Assembly (NCBI GenBank): GCA_964347045.1
Contig: CAYFXC010000016.1
Location: forward strand, 26,628-40,087
DNA: 13,460 bases
Reading direction: 5' to 3'
Origin: an uncultured archaeon
GTDB taxonomy: Archaea; Asgardarchaeota; Hermodarchaeia; Hermodarchaeales; Hermodarchaeaceae
Part shown: piece after piece, positions 8,269-13,460 of the stretch
Position numbering within the stretch: the stretch's first letter is position 1
Layout of the letters: each line of letters begins with the position of its first letter
Program-made: the position numbers and the translations under genes
Notes under the pieces: generated by a model
Seen by the model: the letters and a program-made list of their open reading frames with translations, nothing else
The model's database searches: none
What the model was told of the DNA's origin: nothing

Positions 8269-9579
8269 TCACTTTTTCGAAGACTCCTTCTTGGATTTTA
8301 AGGCCTTATCCTGGGACTCTTTGGATTTCGTCTTCTTTTCTTTCTTTGCCGCTTTCTCAATCTTTGCCTTGGTAGCAGTCTTGGACTTGGCTTTTGGTTT
8401 CTCTTCCGCCTTCGGTTTCTTGGGCTTAGTTTCCGCCTTCGGTTTTGGCTTGGCTTTTTCTTTCTTTGCCTTTGGCTCAGCCTTTGTCTTTGCTTTGGGT
8501 TCCACTTTGGCCTTGGGCTTCGCTTTTGGTTTCTCCTCTACCTTCACCCGCTTAGCCTTAGGTTTGCCTTTCGGTTTCTCTTCTACCTTTTCCTTCTTCA
8601 CTTTGGGTTTGGCTTTGGGCTTCTTTGGTTCTTCCTTTACTTTCTTTGGCTTGGGTTTGACCTTGGGCTTTTCAGGTTCCTTTTCCGTGGGGGGTTCAAC
8701 TTTGGGTTCCTTTTTGGGTTTTGCCTTCGGCTTTGGCTTTTCAGGCGCGGGTTTCTCTTCAGGAGGCGGAACCGCTTCGGGGACTGGTTCAGGTAAAGGT
8801 TCTGGTGTTGGTTCAGGCTCGGGGACTATCGGAGCTTCTGGTTCAGCTGACTCGGGAGCCGGTTCAGGACCTTCTTCCACAAACTCTTCGATTGAAGGAG
8901 CCTTTTCAATAGGAAGTTCTTCTTCAACAACCTCCATTTCAGTAGCATCAGGGGCGGGAGCAGGAATGACTTGAACTTCCACTTCTTTATGAATAATCAC
9001 CGGATGATCAGGTGCAACAGTGTCTGGTAGCATTATTCGGACCTGGACACCAAGAATACCGGGTTTCATAATTGCAAAAGCCCACCCGTGACTCACGGCT
9101 TTTCGTACCGGTTCACCAGTTTTGGCAACGAAGCCACTGCGGAATTTCTGATATCGCGCCCGACGACTGGTGAGTTTACCTGAGATGGAAATTTCCACAC
9201 CTTTGGCACCTGCTCCAATGATGCGGCGAAGAACACCATAGGCTGCACGACGGAAGTGGTCACCCCGTTCAAGACGTTGTGCTAATCGTTCAGCCATAAT
9301 GGGACCATTTAATTCTGGTACTTCTACTTCGCTTACTTCAATTTGTGGCGCTTCTAACCCGAAATCGTGTTCTAGCGTTTCAGTTAATTCGCGGACCGTG
9401 GTTCCTCGTCGACCAATAACCATACCAGGACGTGCAGCATAGACAACAACGCGCATTCCCAATGGTGTTTTTTGGAGATCTACGCCAGCATAACCTGCAC
9501 GTCGCAGCTCTCGACGCAAGTAGTCATTTACTTTGACTTTCAATAACCCACGGTTGATAAAATGATCTTCTGCTGGCAT
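8269..9579 (-). CDS. rps3: 30S ribosomal protein uS3 with about 230 aa low-complexity C-terminal extension
   Basis: KH domain KTPLG.R..RPGMVIGRRG, HFRRA, GAKGVEI.ISGKL and KPGILGVQVRIM.P motifs; then a Pro/Glu-rich tract and a Lys/Pro/Ala-rich tract. Confidence 0.97.
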   Translation of the reverse strand: MPAEDHFINRGLLKVKVNDYLRRELRRAGYAGVDLQKTPLGMRVVVYAARPGMVIGRRGTTVRELTETLEHDFGLEAPQIEVSEVEVPELNGPIMAERLAQRLERGDHFRRAAYGVLRRIIGAGAKGVEISISGKLTSRRARYQKFRSGFVAKTGEPVRKAVSHGWAFAIMKPGILGVQVRIMLPDTVAPDHPVIIHKEVEVQVIPAPAPDATEMEVVEEELPIEKAPSIEEFVEEGPEPAPESAEPEAPIVPEPEPTPEPLPEPVPEAVPPPEEKPAPEKPKPKAKPKKEPKVEPPTEKEPEKPKVKPKPKKVKEEPKKPKAKPKVKKEKVEEKPKGKPKAKRVKVEEKPKAKPKAKVEPKAKTKAEPKAKKEKAKPKPKAETKPKKPKAEEKPKAKSKTATKAKIEKAAKKEKKTKSKESQDKALKSKKESSKK

Positions 9580-9581
9580 TC

Positions 9582-10043
9582 TTACTCCTCCGTTAATACA
9601 ACCTCAACATGCACCAATTGCTCATTGAATTGAGTCGACCGCCCACGAGCGCGTTCGATAAAACGCTTGATAACCCGACCCGGATACGCTGAAATGTGGG
9701 TTACACGAAGCCGGTCAAGATCCAACCCCTTGTAATCTGCATTATTCTCCGCGTTAGTTAACACACGCATGATCTCTTTCGAAGCTTTCACCGGGTATCG
9801 ACCAGAATCGGCCTTATGCAGACCCTTGCGGTGTCCAACTTTCTTATCATGCCGTCGATAGGGCACCGCCTGACGCATAGCAATAACCGCTTCCAAATAG
9901 GTCTTTGCAGCTTCTAAACGGAGACCACGGAGTTCGTTACAGATTTCTCGAGCCGCTTTGGGTGACATTCGAAGCTCGCGTCCGCTAGCCCGTGCGGTTT
10001 TGTCTGGATCCAGACCAATGATGGAATAGCCGAATTGGGGCAT
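9582..10043 (-). CDS. rpl22: 50S ribosomal protein uL22
   Basis: MSPKAAREIC, AVPYRR..KKVGHRKG, GRYPVKA, NAENNA..KGLD and RARGRST motifs. Confidence 0.98.
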   Translation of the reverse strand: MPQFGYSIIGLDPDKTARASGRELRMSPKAAREICNELRGLRLEAAKTYLEAVIAMRQAVPYRRHDKKVGHRKGLHKADSGRYPVKASKEIMRVLTNAENNADYKGLDLDRLRVTHISAYPGRVIKRFIERARGRSTQFNEQLVHVEVVLTEE

Positions 10044-10176
10044 GAGGTATCCAACCTAGATTGTTACAACACTCACTTTGCAGGTTGCAGCAGCAAGAAC
10101 GAGAATCACAGGAACCCTCGGCGCTGGTCCGCACTCCCAAACAATGTGAGAGCGAAGAGAGTGAACCCCTGTGCCC

Positions 10177-10193
10177 TATATAAAAATTCTGCT
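10177..10193 (-). promoter_or_regulatory. Putative BRE/TATA promoter for rpl22 and downstream genes
   Basis: Minus strand AGCAGAA-TTTTTATATA; usual archaeal spacing predicts a start near 10153 and a leader of about 110 nt. Confidence 0.7.
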
Positions 10194-10208
10194 AGTCTGT
10201 GCCCCCCA

Positions 10209-10712
10209 CTAGTCCTCTTCTAATGCAAAGGGTTTAGACCCTGTTACAATCACTTGGGGAAGCACATCACGATGCGTCTGAAGAAACGTAACATCCGCCT
10301 TTTTATCTCGCCCCGCATCGGGTAACAATTCTGGAATCGTTTCCACGCGACTGCCAATCGGATACCATCGTTGACACTTCTCGCACCGCATAGCCCCCAC
10401 TTGAATCTCAATCCCATGGAAATATTCTACCAAGGGCACCAAATCCGCGGGCTCAGGCTTCTGCTTCGATAACGCCGCAAACACCTTCCGGGCCTTTGCC
10501 AACCGCTGATCAAAGATCTTATCCTTCGACAGATTATGCACCGGCTCCAGCGACGGCTCACTCAACACGCCCCGCTGATGATGCATAACCAACTCCCCTG
10601 CTAACCCTTTTTTATCCTTCAAGCGATTTTTTTTCACATCCACCACATAGGTAGTCAACGGATGCTCCTTACAAATCGGACACGCTAAAATATTAAGTAA
10701 CCAGGGCTTCAT
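10209..10712 (-). CDS. trm112: Trm112-family methyltransferase activator, long form with a central insertion
   Basis: MKPWLLNILACPICK..PL and EIQVGAMRCEKCQRWYPI..IPELLPD: split Zn knuckles with all four Cys present; GAGGTTGA Shine-Dalgarno. Confidence 0.9.
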   Translation of the reverse strand: MKPWLLNILACPICKEHPLTTYVVDVKKNRLKDKKGLAGELVMHHQRGVLSEPSLEPVHNLSKDKIFDQRLAKARKVFAALSKQKPEPADLVPLVEYFHGIEIQVGAMRCEKCQRWYPIGSRVETIPELLPDAGRDKKADVTFLQTHRDVLPQVIVTGSKPFALEED

Positions 10713-10755
10713 CGCGTCAACCTCTGAAAAACCAACTCTCCTTCGCAGCCAGCCC

Positions 10756-10763
10756 CTATTAAA
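10756..10763 (-). promoter_or_regulatory. Putative TATA box of trm112
   Basis: TTTAATAG on the minus strand, about 45-50 nt upstream of the ATG, in a divergent intergenic region. Confidence 0.45.
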
Positions 10764-10800
10764 CCTAGCTCTTTACTAACCAATACCCCGCAGTGCCCCA

Positions 10801-10817
10801 GCACGAATGTTTAAGCA
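10801..10817 (+). promoter_or_regulatory. Putative BRE/TATA of the hydrolase gene (leaderless transcript predicted)
   Basis: GCACGAATG-TTTAAGCA with the first T 29 nt upstream of the ATG at 10839. Confidence 0.5.
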
Positions 10818-10838
10818 CCATTGCTTCAAACAATAAGT

Positions 10839-11450
10839 ATGCCAACACTCCTTGCACACATCGCCATTGCAGGCCTCATCTGCCTTGTTCTCGTCAAAGA
10901 GCCCAAATGGGTGCTACTCCTCGCCTGGGTCGCCATTCTCCCCGACTTCGATATCTTCTGGGGATTACATCGCATCGCCTTCCATTCCCTCATTCTACTA
11001 GTGCCGATCAGCGTAGCCATCATCGGTATTACCTATAACTGGTTTCCGACCTACAAGGAACCCGCCTTCATCGTCGCCTTCTCCCTCCTTAGCCACACCA
11101 TCCTCGACTGGCTCCAATACTGGAACGCCCTTCTTTGGCCCATCCCCCTCGCCTTCTGGCTCAACCTCCACATCATCCTCCTCCCCACCAGCCCCATTCC
11201 CACTCCCCTCCTCAGCATCGGACCCATGATTGCCCCCCTCCACGTCCTCTTCGAACCCTCCACCGGCACCCTCTTCGACCCCTACACTACCACCCTTTTT
11301 ATTCTCTTCCTCGCAGTCGCCGTCATCCGCACTTGGCCCAACATCTTCAAAGGACTCCGAAAACCCCAAAACGATACCAACGCACCTACGACACCGGACG
11401 AACCAACCGATACCGACCCCGCCCCACCCGCACAAACACGCCCTGTTTAA
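10839..11450 (+). CDS. Membrane-bound metal-dependent hydrolase (YdjM/DUF457-like); start at ATG 10839
   Basis: N-terminal AH, LPDFD, HRIAFHSL and SHTILD motifs with hydrophobic helices between them; Pro/Thr-rich tail. Confidence 0.85.
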   Translation: MPTLLAHIAIAGLICLVLVKEPKWVLLLAWVAILPDFDIFWGLHRIAFHSLILLVPISVAIIGITYNWFPTYKEPAFIVAFSLLSHTILDWLQYWNALLWPIPLAFWLNLHIILLPTSPIPTPLLSIGPMIAPLHVLFEPSTGTLFDPYTTTLFILFLAVAVIRTWPNIFKGLRKPQNDTNAPTTPDEPTDTDPAPPAQTRPV

Positions 11451-13251
11451 TCAGCTTCGCCATCCGATCCGCCAAATACGCAGAATACCGATTCGCCACC
11501 AACCCCTGTAACACCAAATCCCCCTTCAACTTCCCCAGCGTTACCTCTCCGGCTTGGGCTTCCGCCAATTCAACAATACGATCTCGAACCGCCGCCGCAC
11601 TCTGCAACTTCACTGCAAACTCAGCATCCAACAACTTCTCCGACCGCCCCACCTCCCGCCCATGACGTTCCAACCACTCCTCAAACCCAATCGCTCCCAT
11701 ACTCAACTGCCGATACACCACCAAGTCCTTGCCCAAGAAATCACACTGCTCATACCGCGGCGCCACCTTCCTATCAAATCCCACCACGACCCCCCGCGAC
11801 ACCTCATCAATACCCCATTCCACCACCTCAGCCAGCGCAACGACCCACTTGCCATCCATCCACTGCCGACGCCCCTGTAAATACGCCCTTGTCGTCGTCT
11901 CCGGCAGCCCCGCCACCCGCGCCACGGCCGCCCCCGTTCCAAATTCATCCAGCAGCGCCTTTCGCAATTTGCTCCACCACCCCTCCTCCATCACCACCCG
12001 ATCCGCTACTCTCCATCCCCGCGCCCAAACCCGCTCCAAAAACGCTTCACCCTTCACCGTCGTCTGATACATTGTAGTAAACTTTTGTTTTTCCACCACC
12101 CGAATCCATCCTAACTTTCGCAACCGCTGCACCACCTTAAACACAAAATCCTCACGCACCACAAACCGCCGCGCCACCTCCCCCACAGACCCGACATCCC
12201 GCAGCCTAATCAACGTCAAAAAATCCAAATCAAACCCATCCAATCCCCGCTCTTGCCAAACCCTGTCACATTCTAACTGAAACGCCAACCGCTCCGCCCG
12301 CCCCGGATGCGTAAAACCAATGTGCTCCGCATACCACCGATACACCGGTCGATACACATCCAAAATAAACCAACTCCGAAACGCCTTCACCGCCCCCAGT
12401 GATTTCATCAATTCCTCACACTCATCATGAGGCAACGTCGCTCCCATCAACTCGAGAATGAGTGTCCGCATTTGCTCAAGAATTGTTGACCCACCGGATG
12501 TAAATCGAATCGAATGCGTCCCCACATGCCCATCATCATCCCCAAACGTCCGCACCATCTCTGCCTTCAAATCCAAAGGTAATTTTAAAAATACAGCTGG
12601 TAAAGATCCTGATTTCTCATCAAATCTAGCATCAGGATACAAGTAGCGAATTAGATAACCAATCCATTTTGTAAAAGCTACATATGAACGGGATTTTCCA
12701 CTTCGATCAGAATAACTACGAGTACAGTCTGAAACATCTCCGAACACTGCTGACATTTTGTGAAGAAACTGATTTCGGAGGAAGGCACTTCCATTAGTAT
12801 AGTGCGGAGTTTTTGAAGTGCCATATTCTTCAGTTAATGTTCCATCTCCAATTAAATGGATCACCAACCGAATAAGATGAACATCCTCTTTAATTGGTAG
12901 TCGCGGATTTCGTAAAATCCCTGATCTTCCATAACCTTTGATGGCGCGAATATTCCTTTCTATGTCAGAGAGAAGGTCTGGGTTTTCCTCCAATTCATTA
13001 TAGGTTTTAAGGAGTTTCAGCAGAATTTCAAGTTCGAGGAAAACTGGCTCCAACAAATCCTCGCGATAGTCTACAGCATATCGAGCTAGCAAATCAATCT
13101 CTACTTCAAGCTTCTTCGAAAGAGCACTCAAAGAGATATTGCTCAGAATTTTTGAAAAGAACGTTTTACCAAAATTTTGGTTCAATTGTACGAAAATATT
13201 CTTTCTAAGAAAATCAGTTATATGAAACACACGTAGGTTCTGCTTACTCAT
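11386..13251 (-). CDS. Free-standing two-motif LAGLIDADG (intein/DOD-type) endonuclease-like protein with N-terminal HTH and C-terminal wHTH-HTH-wHTH modules
   Basis: Motif 1 RLVIHLIGDG (D136) followed by YTN..L..F..VFG; LP..LP..K motif 2 MVRTFGDDDG (D240) followed by IRFTS..ILEQ..L; YAEHIGFTHP block; no intein splice termini (no N-terminal Cys/Ser block, no terminal HN). Confidence 0.8.
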   Translation of the reverse strand: MSKQNLRVFHITDFLRKNIFVQLNQNFGKTFFSKILSNISLSALSKKLEVEIDLLARYAVDYREDLLEPVFLELEILLKLLKTYNELEENPDLLSDIERNIRAIKGYGRSGILRNPRLPIKEDVHLIRLVIHLIGDGTLTEEYGTSKTPHYTNGSAFLRNQFLHKMSAVFGDVSDCTRSYSDRSGKSRSYVAFTKWIGYLIRYLYPDARFDEKSGSLPAVFLKLPLDLKAEMVRTFGDDDGHVGTHSIRFTSGGSTILEQMRTLILELMGATLPHDECEELMKSLGAVKAFRSWFILDVYRPVYRWYAEHIGFTHPGRAERLAFQLECDRVWQERGLDGFDLDFLTLIRLRDVGSVGEVARRFVVREDFVFKVVQRLRKLGWIRVVEKQKFTTMYQTTVKGEAFLERVWARGWRVADRVVMEEGWWSKLRKALLDEFGTGAAVARVAGLPETTTRAYLQGRRQWMDGKWVVALAEVVEWGIDEVSRGVVVGFDRKVAPRYEQCDFLGKDLVVYRQLSMGAIGFEEWLERHGREVGRSEKLLDAEFAVKLQSAAAVRDRIVELAEAQAGEVTLGKLKGDLVLQGLVANRYSAYLADRMAKLIKQGVFVRVGRGRYRLVRPVS

Positions 13252-13253
13252 AT

Positions 13254-13269
13254 TTCATCGAAAGATGAA
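13254..13269. repeat. 6-bp inverted repeat (hairpin) immediately upstream of the endonuclease start codon
   Basis: TTCATC-GAAA-GATGAA; ends 2 nt before the ATG at 13251. Confidence 0.7.
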
Positions 13270-13280
13270 TTAAAAGGAGA

Positions 13281-13288
13281 TACTTAAA
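13281..13288 (-). promoter_or_regulatory. Putative TATA box of the LAGLIDADG gene
   Basis: TTTAAGTA on the minus strand, 30-37 nt upstream of the ATG, framed by a GGAG/CTCC inverted repeat. Confidence 0.55.
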
Positions 13289-13309
13289 CTCCACAATTAC
13301 AATGAATCT

Positions 13310-13338
13310 AATCTATATAGATTTTCAAAATCTATATA
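13310..13338. repeat. Overlapping perfect palindromes directly after the rps19 stop
   Basis: TATATAGATTTT-C-AAAATCTATATA (13314-13338, 12-bp arms) overlaps AATCTATATAGATT (13310-13323). Confidence 0.9.
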
Positions 13339-13339
13339 T

Positions 13340-13460
13340 TTATTTGAGAGGTACATATTGGCTTCCCCTTGTAGCTCCTATGCCGGGGTTGCCGTGGCGG
13401 ACGGTTTTGTTGGTGGGGGCGTATTCGCCGAGGTAGTGGCCGATGTGTTCGATTTTGATG
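13340..13460 (-). CDS. rps19: 30S ribosomal protein uS19, 3' end (partial, runs off the window; not in the ORF track)
   Basis: Hand translation ...[39 protein letters not shown], matching the archaeal/eukaryotic uS19 C-terminus IGHYLGE..HG.PG.GAT..S..VPLK. Confidence 0.96.
   Translation of the reverse strand, partial: IKIEHIGHYLGEYAPTNKTVRHGNPGIGATRGSQYVPLK

Noticed and set aside
8261-8974. 237 aa Phe/Gly/Leu-rich + strand ORF that looks like a membrane protein (similar ORFs at 60-290 and 77-259)
   Set aside because: It is the antisense shadow of the Lys/Pro/Glu/Ala codons in the uS3 and uL15 tails, which rarely create antisense stops.
10162-10179. ATAGGGCACAGGGGTTCA (minus strand) resembles a decayed IGATRGS-coding copy, i.e. 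a displaced original rps19 3' end
   Set aside because: It needs three single-base deletions in 21 nt, has no match to QYVPLK, and overlaps the rpl22 TATA; chance is likely.
10998-12077. Several overlapping Pro/His-rich (+) and Gly/Glu-rich (-) ORFs in alternative frames
   Set aside because: The extreme C skew depletes stop codons; these frames show no recognisable motifs.
11386-13251. Intein or archaeal/group I intron interpretation of the LAGLIDADG ORF
   Set aside because: No Hint splicing motifs, no flanking extein, and no interrupted RNA or protein gene; rps19 ends intact with its own stop.
13252-13339. Canonical chromosomal replication origin (AT-rich, skew inversion)
   Set aside because: Only 88 nt intergenic, no ORB-like repeats with G-strings, no orc1/cdc6 in the window, and the skew fades within about 3 kb. 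Non-canonical initiation is not excluded.

Overview
Archaeal DNA, probably Asgard or TACK (an inference from the long Trm112, the archaeal-type Hsp20 and the eS4/eL19/eL32 genes). Most of the window is the minus-strand S10/spc ribosomal protein cluster: rps19 3' end (missed by the ORF track), rpl22, rps3, rpl29, rnp1, rps17, rpl14, rpl24, rps4e, rpl5, rps14 (also missed), rps8, rpl6, rpl32e, rpl19e, rpl18, rps5, rpl30 and rpl15. The cluster is interrupted twice. An Hsp20 gene lies between rpl30 and rpl15. A 3.3 kb block splits rps19 from rpl22; it holds a free-standing two-motif LAGLIDADG endonuclease with several HTH/wHTH modules, a membrane metal-dependent hydrolase and Trm112. The strongest unexplained signal is around the endonuclease. 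The last 13 codons of rps19 switch synonymous codon usage abruptly. They form the right edge of an AT-rich core of about 0.8-0.9 kb that ends near the second LAGLIDADG motif. That core is flanked by mirror-image extreme GC skew (C-rich + strand on the left, G-rich on the right), regardless of gene orientation. I infer an intron-less homing or cassette-swapping system anchored in rps19; this is untested.
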